From IMG/VR virus record IMGVR_UViG_3300036853_000113, positions 1 through 61,626 of that record: DNA of 61,626 nucleotides, one strand, 5' to 3'. This document shows, in pieces, positions 1-8,860 of the stretch (within the stretch, counting starts at the first letter, position 1; each line of letters starts with the position of its first letter). Both the position numbers and the translations under genes were made by a program. The notes under the pieces are model-generated. The model did not search any database. It had not been told where the DNA came from and saw nothing but the letters and a program-made list of their open reading frames with translations. This stretch comes from a virus. Its lineage: Duplodnaviria > Caudoviricetes.

Positions 1-127
1 CTCGGCTTCGAACAACCTGCGCAGCGTCGCCGTGCTGACGCCCCAGATTTCGGCGAGTTCCTGCAAATGAAAGTGTCTCTCGATGGCGGTCGGCATTTCT
101 GAATCCTCCAGGTAATTGGAGTCGATT
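1..127. repeat. Terminal direct duplication (copy 1), identical to 61500-61626; circular assembly overlap
   Basis: ctcggcttcgaacaacc...ggtaattggagtcgatt occurs at both ends; 127 nt equals a common assembler k-mer. Confidence 0.9.
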
Positions 128-491
128 CTTTTCAATCTGCGCAATGTGTGTCAATCGCGTGCTTCCACAGTGTCTGTGGAAGGTGTCTCGACTTCCTGCG
201 CAGAATCAACACGCATAGCGCAATGTTCTTTTCAGAAAATAAACTTTTAGGGTTATCGCCTTTTCAACGTCTTGTGAGGTGCTGTGGGCGTTCCTGCGAC
301 CTCGCCTGCATGTTTCCCTATCCGCGTCCCCTGCGACGCCTCTCAGAGCATCCTGACGCGATGACGGCACTAAGCAACGAGCAGGTCGTACAGCCATTGT
401 GTCTTTCCACAGAAGCTGTGAATAAATAAAGTGGCGTAGCCACACCAAGACTCATGGATGATGTATTGAGCTGCCGGGGAGAGCTTTAACT

Positions 492-767
492 ATGGGAGAG
501 ACAGAAGCGATACGAAAGAGACCGCACAAGAAGCCTGCGACAGAGAAGCGCGTAAGACCGGCTCTTGAGACGCCTCGCGACAGGACGATGCTCACGATGA
601 TGGAAGCAGCTGAGCTGATTCATTGCAGCCGCAGCCAGATATACCGGCTGATGCAGATGCCGCAGTTCCCGAAGTTTCGCGTGAACTCGATGGTGCGCAT
701 CCCGCGAGCTGCCTTCCTCGACTGGATCGATAAACACTCTGAAGGCACTGAGAGCGATGAAGGCTGA
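492..767 (+). CDS. Excisionase-like helix-turn-helix DNA-binding protein (HTH_17/AlpA-like)
   Basis: MLTMMEAAELIHCSRSQIYRLM...FPKFRVNSMVRIPRAAFLDWI matches the Xis/MerR-like wHTH pattern. Confidence 0.75.
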   Translation: MGETEAIRKRPHKKPATEKRVRPALETPRDRTMLTMMEAAELIHCSRSQIYRLMQMPQFPKFRVNSMVRIPRAAFLDWIDKHSEGTESDEG

Positions 768-827
768 CGACTGGCTCTTCATCGCTCTCGCGGCCTGCGC
801 CGTGACATGCGTCGCGTACCTTTTCAC

Positions 828-2771
828 TTACTGACTGACGGTTACGACTCCTGTCGGGCCCACAGTCAGGGTGTACGTTCCGGGTGCGAGCGTCTGCGTG
901 ACGGGGAACATCGTCACAGCAGGCGCGCTGACGGTTACGGTCCAGGGGGAACTGTAGGTCGACCCGATGCGCGCTTGCACGTTCGCAACGCCTGCAGCAA
1001 TCGCTGTCGCGACGCCAGCCTGATCGACTGCGAGCACGGCTGGGTTATTCGAGGTCCACAGAATTGCACCGTTGGCAATCGGCGTATCCGGTCCAGCGGA
1101 ATACTTCCCGATGGTGGTAAACGCGAGTGCCTTGCCGATGATCAGCTTATTGTCGGTGCTGTGCAGGTACGCACCTGTGAGGTTGCCGAGCGTGGGCGCA
1201 ACAGGCACAACAGGCACAACAGGGACGTCAGGCACCACAGGCGGGGGGATCGGACTGCCTGAGCCCGAGTAAGAGGCGCTCACCATCGGCGAAGGTACGA
1301 ACCCATATCCCTGCGCATAGCTTCTGGTGTTCGCGCCTGTGCCCCACATGCCGATCGCCTTGACGGTCGTGTTTCCTGCGACATTGAAGGGGCCGGTATA
1401 GAGCGAGCTGTTGACGGTCGGGGTCGAGCCGTCCGTGGTGAAGTAGATTGACGTGTTGCCGAGCGGCTGCGGACCGGACAGGTATCCGGCATCGGTGATG
1501 GTGACGAGGCCGGAATAGTTTCCTGACGCTGGCGAGATCGACGGCGCGACGCTCGTGACAGCAGCGACATTGGGGCCGGTGACGTTGCCGGTGAACCGCG
1601 CAGGCGTCCGGTCAGTCCCGCAGGGGAAGCCGTAGTTCTCGTTGATGATGTACTCGTTGCCGAATCCGCCCTGGACAGTGTTGTTCGACATGCTGCCGAC
1701 AGGGCCGCAACCGTAGGCGAGTCCCGACGCGCTGCCCGAAGAGTGCGCAGCCTGCAACAAGATGTGATCGTATGTCGCCAGATGACCCGCAGCTTCCATG
1801 CCATAGCCATAGCGCCCGGGTGAAGCGCTGGTGTTAAAGATCACGGTGTTGTTCGACACGTTCATGAACGGCGCGCTTGTGCCGTTGTAGCAGCACGCCA
1901 TCGAAATACCGAAGGAGCCGAAATACGGCTGGAACCAATCGTGTTCCGAGTTAAACTCCCAGTCTTCGCCGCTGACCTGCTGCGCCTGCTGCTCCCAAGA
2001 GATGCGGTGGATTTGGTTGAAATCGTTGTAGCGCACCGTTATGTTGCGATGGACGGCACCGCCTGGAGGCTCACAGGGATAACGCTGGTGGCCGTAATTC
2101 GGGCAGTTGATATGCACGCCTTCAGCGACGTGGAAGAACGTGTTGTTGGTAATCTGCCAGCCGTCAACCGACGAATAGACCACGATGCCGTTGCAGGCTC
2201 CGACCTGACTGTCTTCAGGCGAGTTGTGATTGGTCATCCCGTTCTGCGGCGAAATACAAGATGCGCTGTCTCCAAACTGATTCCAGTCAAAGACAGCGTT
2301 GGTGAGCATCGCCGCCGTATTGCTGCTCGTGTTGACGCTCTCAATCCAGACCGCCACATTGGACGCACCGCCGTTGCAACACGGCAGGTTGCCGAATTGG
2401 TTGTGCAGGAGATGCAGGTTGTCGAACGGGGTTTGAACATACAGGCCGCCGGAGTTCGCAAACTTCAGATATTGAATCGTCGTCGGCTGGCCACAGTTCG
2501 AGGCGTTGATGCGAAAAATCGACCCACCTTGACCAAACGTGGAATTTAAGACGGCTGGATTTCCAACAGGCCCGGAATAGGTCACGCCGCATTTGAGCGT
2601 GATAGGCGCAGTGACATCGAGGCGGGGAGGAAAGTTGACGACACTCCCAACAGCGGCGTTGCTGATGGTCGACTGGATCGTCGACTGATTCGCGCCAGCA
2701 GGGATGCTGACCTGCGCGAACGCGGGAAGGCAAAACAGAACGCAGAGTAACTGCGCGAGGAGCTTGTTCAC
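828..2771 (-). CDS. Secreted multidomain protein: signal peptide, beta-helix-like region, CHB_HEX_C/Fn3-associated domain, Ig-like (Big_2) domain
   Basis: N-terminal MNKLLAQLLCVLFCLPAFAQ; Asn-rich beta repeats; SIYFTTDGSTPTVNSSLYTGPF; WTSNNPAVLAVDQAGVATAIAAG. Confidence 0.7.
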   Translation of the reverse strand: MNKLLAQLLCVLFCLPAFAQVSIPAGANQSTIQSTISNAAVGSVVNFPPRLDVTAPITLKCGVTYSGPVGNPAVLNSTFGQGGSIFRINASNCGQPTTIQYLKFANSGGLYVQTPFDNLHLLHNQFGNLPCCNGGASNVAVWIESVNTSSNTAAMLTNAVFDWNQFGDSASCISPQNGMTNHNSPEDSQVGACNGIVVYSSVDGWQITNNTFFHVAEGVHINCPNYGHQRYPCEPPGGAVHRNITVRYNDFNQIHRISWEQQAQQVSGEDWEFNSEHDWFQPYFGSFGISMACCYNGTSAPFMNVSNNTVIFNTSASPGRYGYGMEAAGHLATYDHILLQAAHSSGSASGLAYGCGPVGSMSNNTVQGGFGNEYIINENYGFPCGTDRTPARFTGNVTGPNVAAVTSVAPSISPASGNYSGLVTITDAGYLSGPQPLGNTSIYFTTDGSTPTVNSSLYTGPFNVAGNTTVKAIGMWGTGANTRSYAQGYGFVPSPMVSASYSGSGSPIPPPVVPDVPVVPVVPVAPTLGNLTGAYLHSTDNKLIIGKALAFTTIGKYSAGPDTPIANGAILWTSNNPAVLAVDQAGVATAIAAGVANVQARIGSTYSSPWTVTVSAPAVTMFPVTQTLAPGTYTLTVGPTGVVTVSQ

Positions 2772-2899
2772 TGGAGCAACGCTTTCTTCTCAAGAGGCGA
2801 GGGGGGAGGTACAGCGTACCTGACGCGAGGGAAAACCTAACTCAAGGGTACGCTCTTATTCTCTTCGCTGCGTTGCTTAGCAGTGAATCGCACCGAATT

Positions 2900-3259
2900 T
2901 CACCAAGGAGTGATAACTCCCGGTGCGGCACCGGCCTGTTGTGCAAGCGACTCCAGACCGTTGCGGTACGCCTTCACAGCATTCAGAATGCTCGTCAGGA
3001 GCGCTCCAGGGATGGGCAGGGTGGGTCCATTCCCTACTCTAAAAGTTCCTGCTGCCAGATCGAGGAGCAGAGACTGACCCTCTGTATACGCCGATGGAGT
3101 GAACACCCCTCCGCTGAATGTCCCGTAAGGAATCGCGATAGAGACGGACGGACCACTGAAATTAGTCAGTGCGCTGGTCACAGCGGCAGCAGGAGCCGTG
3201 TCCACGGTTGTCCCGCCAATGACAGTAGATGCAACAGATGCAGCTGCGAGAGTGATCAT
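2900..3259 (-). CDS. Hypothetical protein downstream of tail fibre
   Basis: ATG at 3259 with upstream AAGGA; follows fibre gene in operon. Confidence 0.5.
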   Translation of the reverse strand: MITLAAASVASTVIGGTTVDTAPAAAVTSALTNFSGPSVSIAIPYGTFSGGVFTPSAYTEGQSLLLDLAAGTFRVGNGPTLPIPGALLTSILNAVKAYRNGLESLAQQAGAAPGVITPW

Positions 3260-3284
3260 GCTTTTGTTCCTTCCCCATTCTTGA

Positions 3285-6200
3285 TTACGGCACAATGATC
3301 AGGTATTGCCATTGGTAAGTCGTGCTCGCAGCTAGCGCAGATGAGTTAGCCACAAGTTGAAATGCTGTGCCACTGAGACTCACCCAAGGCTGTTGGGTCG
3401 GCGCGAGGGATGTGGTCGCAATGGTATAGGTTCCGTTCGTGAGACCGGGGCTCAGCATCACTAGCGGCAGCGGGCTGCTGCCATACGCTGTATGGAACGT
3501 AACCGTCAACTGGGTGACAGCGGCGGTTGGGCCAGTGCCGGTTGTAAGCGTGATAATCCCTGCGCTATCAGTGCCGGAGATGGTACAGCTTGCGCCACTT
3601 CCGGCTCCCGCTGCAATCGCAATGGTAGGAGCAACCCCACCGGAAATGATGTGGCCTGTGATCGTCAGATTGCCTGCATTGTCGATGCGAAGACCGCTAG
3701 CACTGCCTGACTGTGGGCAGAGTGTGAAGCCTTGAGTAGCGTTTCCTGCACTGGTGGACCAGATAAGTCCAGCATCCCCGCCCTGCACCACTGCGTTGTA
3801 AGCACCATTGCCTTGATTTGAAAAAATCCGCAAGTTCGACGTGCCAGCGTTAAACCCTAGTTGCGCAACAGCGCTCAACGCGGTTCCGTTGAGCGTCAGA
3901 TTGCCGAGAGCATCGAACTTCGCGACTGTTACCCCGGTTGAAAGAAGGTCCAGCAGGTCCGCAGTCGGCGTCGCGTTCGTGTTGCTCAGAATCAGCGGAG
4001 TGCTGCCGGCGACCGACGTCGCTATGGTGAGGTTCGTGCTGTTGAAGGCGAGCGCAGGACAACCGCCGCCAGCGATGTTGTTGAACTGGACAGCATAGCC
4101 TGCCGCTGAGAAGACAGGAACGCCCGTCGCGCTGATCGAAAACTTGCTCGTGCCGTTGACGCCTAAGTCAAGCAACAGTCCTGCAAACCCCGAGGCTGCA
4201 TTGACGCCGATTGCTGTACCGGACGTGCTCCATGTTGTCCTCGCCGCTGTGCCCGCTGGCTGAACAAGAAGATTTGGCACATTCGTAGTTGCAGTACCGG
4301 CAACATTGGCAGCGCCGCTGATCAGCAGGAGAGCTGTGTTCGTCAGTCCTGTCGTGTTCAGAACCGGCATCGCTCCTGATGGCGTCGCCCATCCCAAGTC
4401 AGTCCAGGATGTGACTGCGCCCCCGTTGACGGTTGCAAGCAACGTCTCTGCTCCGGTTGTCCTGCCATAGATCGTGTAACCAGTAGCGCCCGGGACTGCG
4501 CTCCAGGTGACGGTAATTGTGTTAGCGATCCCGAGTCCGGTCGTGATGCTCGTCTCAGCTGATGGCAACGTCGTGCCTACAGCGTCGAAGGCCGCTACGC
4601 GGTAAAAGCGAGCTGTCGAGGCGGAAAGACTGCCACCAGTCGTCGAAGTGGTAAAGGTTCCGTTCACCGGAGTCGCAAGCTGCGTGACAGTCAATTCGTT
4701 GGGGGCAACCGTCGTCATCTGCCCCGAGGCATTGACGCGTCCAACGATGTTCCCTCTGCTGTCTTTGTAATCAACTAGGTCTGCTGTTTGCGGAGTTATC
4801 CCTTGCTTCAAACCAAGAATGACAATGCCGCCTGCGACAAGGCCGACATTTGGGTACGTCCAAGCTGCAGAGTACGCTCCGGCTGCGCCAAGCTTGTCCG
4901 CACTGATTACCCGGGGATTGGCGGCCAATGGGCCAACTCGCGTGGTCCAACCGGCAGGGGCAGAGAACGTCCCACCACTCTGGGCGGTGAATGCCACGGT
5001 GAGAATTAAATCATTTGCACCCGTCGTCGTGATCGGTCCAGCGGTGTACACCGCGTTATTCATGTTCGATGCCAGAATTGCCTGAACGTCCAGCGGAGAA
5101 ACGGTAGCAATTCCAGAATACTCGTGAATCAAAAGCTGATTCCCAGCCTGCTGAAGATTGGTGTTAATGGAGCACGTTCCACCGGCAACGTTGGTCGCCA
5201 CATAGACGGCAACATAAGAAGTTCCACTCTGTGACCCGGTCTGTGAAAGTAGGGTATAGGCGCTTCCAAGATTGTCATAAATGGCCGCAGGGCCTGCTTG
5301 CGCGCTATATGAAGAGTCGCTGTACTGAACGACCAGGATCAAGTTACCAGCCGTCACCGGGCTGTTGAACGTGACTGCCGCCCCGGACATGGACTGAACT
5401 TTTCCCTGGACGAACGTCGGCGTTGCGTTGGCTACCGTCGAGCCGCCAATCAGGAATGGAACGGTGCCTGCAGCTGGCGCGGTGAGCGTGATGGGGGCTG
5501 CCACTGAAGCTACAGCGCTGATGACTCCGGACGCGATGGTGATGGTCGTTCCGTCGATCTTGACGGCCCCCAGCGTCGTTGTGGTCGCGGTTGGCAAGTC
5601 TGTGCCGACAAGCGCGCGCAGGGAAGAGATGCCTGTCGATCCTGTCGGAGTCGCGAGGACTAAGCCCTGCGCTCCTGATGGCAACGTCCCTGCGGCACTG
5701 ATGACTCCAGCTGCAATTGTGACGGAGGTGCCGTCTATCTTCACGCCGCCGAGAGTCGTCGTCGTCGCAATCGGCAGACGCGCAGCAGGCAGAGTGCCGC
5801 TCGTGATATTCGAAGCGGACAATGTGCCCGTTACGGTCCCACTTACCGTAAGATTGCCGGTCTGGATCATGTTGCCGCTGGCATCGAGGCGCAGCCCACC
5901 AGTGCCGAATATAGGTACGATTGCGAGTGACCCGGGGTTGTTCCCGTCGATGCTGTACGTGATCGCGTTGTCTGTTGTCAGGATGACTGGATTCAAACTA
6001 AGCGGTGCTGCTTCTCCTGCTCCATACATGCTGATCCGGCCATTAGACGTCGAGCTGATCGCGGACAGAGCTAAGCCAGCCGCGATGAAGCTACCCGTAC
6101 CCGTCACATCCACGGAACCATTCAGCATGGTCAGACTGGTGACGACGAGAGTGCTGTTCAAGTTGACCGCACCGCTTGCCGTGAGCGTGGTTGTCGTTAT

Positions 6201-8336
6201 TCCTGCGCCGCTAAACGTCGTCGCGTTCATCGTGCCCGGAAGTCTCGCGGCGGCCAAGGTGCCACTGGAGATGTTGGTCGCGTTCAGGGCAGTTATGTTC
6301 GCTCCACTGAACGCCGCCGTGGCTGAACCTGTCCCCCCGTTCGCTACCGCGACAATGCCTGTTACGTTGGCGGCTGTTCCGGTTGTGTTCTGATTCAGTG
6401 TCGGGATGTCCGTTGCGACGAGAGCGCGCAGAGCAGCTATGCCAGTGGACGCGGCAGGCGTCGCCAGAATCAGACCTTGCGCTCCCGATGGAAGACTTGA
6501 TCCCGCCGCAGAGATGACGCCTGACGCTATTGTGACGGACGTGCCATCGACCTTGACGACTCCCGCGACCGACGTGCTCGCGACGGGAAGACTTGAAGAG
6601 ATGAGTTGGCTGGAGGAGTTGGTTCCCACGAAGGCAGCGCTCGCGGGTACAACTGCGCCGCCGACTTTTGAGACACCTGGGTTCGGATAGGTACCTGACA
6701 AGTCACCGCCTGCGGCTCCTGTCGGCGCACCGCCACCCGAAACGGCCGCTACAGCAGTCGTGACGAAGGCCGTCGTTGCAAGTTTGGTCGAGTTGTCTGA
6801 GGACGCAGCTGTGGGCGCGGTAGGTGTTCCTGTCAATGCAGGCGAGGCGAGGCGAGCGAGCAGCGCTGTGTCTGACAGGTTGGTGCTTGCGATAGAAGGC
6901 AGGTCAGCGAGCACGAGAGCGCGCAACGACACTGCGCCTGTCGCGCCGTTCGGTGTCGCGGCAACGAGGTTGCTTGCCCCCGTCAAAGCGGTTTGCTTGC
7001 TGTTGAAGGTTGTCCAGTCTGCGCTCGTGAGCAGACCCGTCACCGATGCAGTCGCGGTTGCAACTTGCGAAGACGGTATGAGGCCGCTTGAATCGAGCGA
7101 AGCATAACCGTTCGCGACGCCCTTATTCGCCGTCAACTCCCGCGCCGTTAAGTCGGTCGTCAGGTTCGTCACCTGTGACTCAGTGATCGCAGTTACCGCA
7201 ACGAGCTGAGCAGAAGAGTTGCTTCCGAGCAACGCAGCGCTGACAGGAATTGCGCCACCATTGACTTTCGCGACAGTCGGGTTCGGAAGAGTGCCGCTGA
7301 GGTCGCCGCCGACTGTACCTGAAGGTGCGCCTGCGACTGCGGAGATGACTCCTGCGCTGATCGTGATCGTCGTGTTATCGATCATCACCGCGCCAAGCGC
7401 TGTCGGAGTTGCAGTCGGCAATAACGATGGATCGACAGAACCGCTCGTCAGGTTGCCAGCATCGGAGGAGAACGCAGCTGCGATTGCGACAGCGGCTGTC
7501 TGCGCATCCGCAGCAGCGCCCGCTGCGTCGAAGTCTGTCGTGTCCATCGTCGCCGCTGTGCCAAGGCCGAGGTTCGTTCTCGCTGTCGACGCATCTGCTA
7601 CGTCTGACAGATTCGCGGCTTGCTGAAGACTCGCAGCAATCGCTGCTGCCTGCGCTGCGGCTGCCTCACCCGCTGCGTCGAAGTCCGTCGTCGCAGACAG
7701 TGCGGCTGTACCGAGGCCGAGATTGGTCCGTGCGGTCGCGACTGATGTGACATCGCTCAGGTTGTCAGACTTCTGCAAGCTGTCAGCAACAGCTGTTGTT
7801 AATGCTGCGAGAGCAGCTCCAACGACGTCGAAGGAGCCAGCCTGCGCCTGCACGAAGGCCGTCGTTGCAAGTTTGGTGGAGTTATCCGAGGTTGCCTGCG
7901 TGGGTGCGGTCGGTGCTCCAAGGAAGGCAGGAGACGCCAATCGTGCGAGCGCAGTTGAGTCGGACAGATCGGTGCTCGCAAGGCTCACAACGCCGACGTG
8001 CCCGTTGACCGACTGCACAGGTATGGCCGCAATCGCTGCTGCCTGCGCTGCGCTTGCTAGTCCAGCCGCATCGAAGTCCGCTGCGTTATGACTGAGGATG
8101 TCTCCGGGGGTGACGCCGCCGACAGTGACGATGGTTGGGTTCGGATAAGTGCCCGTTAGGTCGCCGCCAGCGGGTCCGCTCGCGCCTGTCACTCCAGGAG
8201 TAACGTCGACCCACGCTGTACCGCTGTCGCGAAACACTTGCTGCGTGTCGCTCGTGAAATACAGACGACCCGGCATCGAAGCTGCTGGCATGGCTGAAGC
8301 CGTGCCCATCAAGATGACCTGTTGTAGAGTGCTCAA
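3285..8336 (-). CDS. Long tail fibre protein (1683 aa) built from repeated fibre modules
   Basis: Repeated GGDLxGTyPNP, LARLASPAxxGxPTAPT..DNSTKLATTAFV, NLSDVxxxxTARTNLGLGTAA and LPSGAQGLxLATP..LRALV motifs; G/A/T/S-rich; position after tail-tip gene. Confidence 0.8.
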   Translation of the reverse strand: MSTLQQVILMGTASAMPAASMPGRLYFTSDTQQVFRDSGTAWVDVTPGVTGASGPAGGDLTGTYPNPTIVTVGGVTPGDILSHNAADFDAAGLASAAQAAAIAAIPVQSVNGHVGVVSLASTDLSDSTALARLASPAFLGAPTAPTQATSDNSTKLATTAFVQAQAGSFDVVGAALAALTTAVADSLQKSDNLSDVTSVATARTNLGLGTAALSATTDFDAAGEAAAAQAAAIAASLQQAANLSDVADASTARTNLGLGTAATMDTTDFDAAGAAADAQTAAVAIAAAFSSDAGNLTSGSVDPSLLPTATPTALGAVMIDNTTITISAGVISAVAGAPSGTVGGDLSGTLPNPTVAKVNGGAIPVSAALLGSNSSAQLVAVTAITESQVTNLTTDLTARELTANKGVANGYASLDSSGLIPSSQVATATASVTGLLTSADWTTFNSKQTALTGASNLVAATPNGATGAVSLRALVLADLPSIASTNLSDTALLARLASPALTGTPTAPTAASSDNSTKLATTAFVTTAVAAVSGGGAPTGAAGGDLSGTYPNPGVSKVGGAVVPASAAFVGTNSSSQLISSSLPVASTSVAGVVKVDGTSVTIASGVISAAGSSLPSGAQGLILATPAASTGIAALRALVATDIPTLNQNTTGTAANVTGIVAVANGGTGSATAAFSGANITALNATNISSGTLAAARLPGTMNATTFSGAGITTTTLTASGAVNLNSTLVVTSLTMLNGSVDVTGTGSFIAAGLALSAISSTSNGRISMYGAGEAAPLSLNPVILTTDNAITYSIDGNNPGSLAIVPIFGTGGLRLDASGNMIQTGNLTVSGTVTGTLSASNITSGTLPAARLPIATTTTLGGVKIDGTSVTIAAGVISAAGTLPSGAQGLVLATPTGSTGISSLRALVGTDLPTATTTTLGAVKIDGTTITIASGVISAVASVAAPITLTAPAAGTVPFLIGGSTVANATPTFVQGKVQSMSGAAVTFNSPVTAGNLILVVQYSDSSYSAQAGPAAIYDNLGSAYTLLSQTGSQSGTSYVAVYVATNVAGGTCSINTNLQQAGNQLLIHEYSGIATVSPLDVQAILASNMNNAVYTAGPITTTGANDLILTVAFTAQSGGTFSAPAGWTTRVGPLAANPRVISADKLGAAGAYSAAWTYPNVGLVAGGIVILGLKQGITPQTADLVDYKDSRGNIVGRVNASGQMTTVAPNELTVTQLATPVNGTFTTSTTGGSLSASTARFYRVAAFDAVGTTLPSAETSITTGLGIANTITVTWSAVPGATGYTIYGRTTGAETLLATVNGGAVTSWTDLGWATPSGAMPVLNTTGLTNTALLLISGAANVAGTATTNVPNLLVQPAGTAARTTWSTSGTAIGVNAASGFAGLLLDLGVNGTSKFSISATGVPVFSAAGYAVQFNNIAGGGCPALAFNSTNLTIATSVAGSTPLILSNTNATPTADLLDLLSTGVTVAKFDALGNLTLNGTALSAVAQLGFNAGTSNLRIFSNQGNGAYNAVVQGGDAGLIWSTSAGNATQGFTLCPQSGSASGLRIDNAGNLTITGHIISGGVAPTIAIAAGAGSGASCTISGTDSAGIITLTTGTGPTAAVTQLTVTFHTAYGSSPLPLVMLSPGLTNGTYTIATTSLAPTQQPWVSLSGTAFQLVANSSALAASTTYQWQYLIIVP

Positions 8337-8860
8337 TTTGGAACCCCCAGAACAGTGATCACGTCACCGCCCCCAAAGATGATGTTGTTCTGCCCGTCTG
8401 TCAGCACCTCGTCGTGCGTAGTCGAGCTTCCGCCGCCGCCCCCGCTGCCTGCTGTGCCGATGCCTCGCGCGCTGAAGTAGTTCGCTCCGTCCGTGAAGAT
8501 GCTCATGCTCTGAAACTGCGCTGCGCTGATTGCGCTTGCACCGTCGAGCGCGCGCGAGCCAGGGCTGATTGTTAGCGCGCCTGCTCCGATGTTGGCGGCA
8601 ACGACAGTCCACTGTGGAAAAGGGATCGAGGCCGGGAGTGTCAGCGTCACAGCTACCGCTGAATTGAACACGAGCAGCTTGCCGCAGTCCGAAGCAGTCG
8701 CCGTATAACTCGCGCTCTTCACCGCGACCCCCCCGGTGTTAGGAACACCGAGCGAGACTGATGTCAGTGGAACGCCGCCATCGGTCTGCGGCTGCGCATT
8801 CTGATAGCCGGGCGCGGCTGCTGGAGTCGAGCTATTGAGGAAGATCGCGAGTGAAGCCAT
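8333..8860 (-). CDS. Tail fibre-associated structural protein
   Basis: SYTATASDCGKLLVFNSAVAVTLTLP motif typical of small fibre/adapter domains; overlaps neighbours. Confidence 0.6.
   Translation of the reverse strand: MASLAIFLNSSTPAAAPGYQNAQPQTDGGVPLTSVSLGVPNTGGVAVKSASYTATASDCGKLLVFNSAVAVTLTLPASIPFPQWTVVAANIGAGALTISPGSRALDGASAISAAQFQSMSIFTDGANYFSARGIGTAGSGGGGGSSTTHDEVLTDGQNNIIFGGGDVITVLGVPN

Noticed and set aside
1-127. Biological terminal repeat or attL/attR
   Set aside because: Length equals a standard assembly k-mer and the copy cuts through a gene; the terminase type suggests cos ends elsewhere
127-490. tRNA or other known structured RNA in intergenic regions
   Set aside because: No cloverleaf or T-loop consensus recognised by eye; tRNAscan/Infernal would be needed to exclude
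5428-8091. Long plus-strand ORFs opposite the tail fibre (similarly opposite the tape measure and capsid)
   Set aside because: Shadow ORFs of GC-rich, biased-codon genes
2900-8860. Diversity-generating retroelement or invertible fibre cassette
   Set aside because: No reverse transcriptase or invertase, and no adenine-specific TR/VR pair seen
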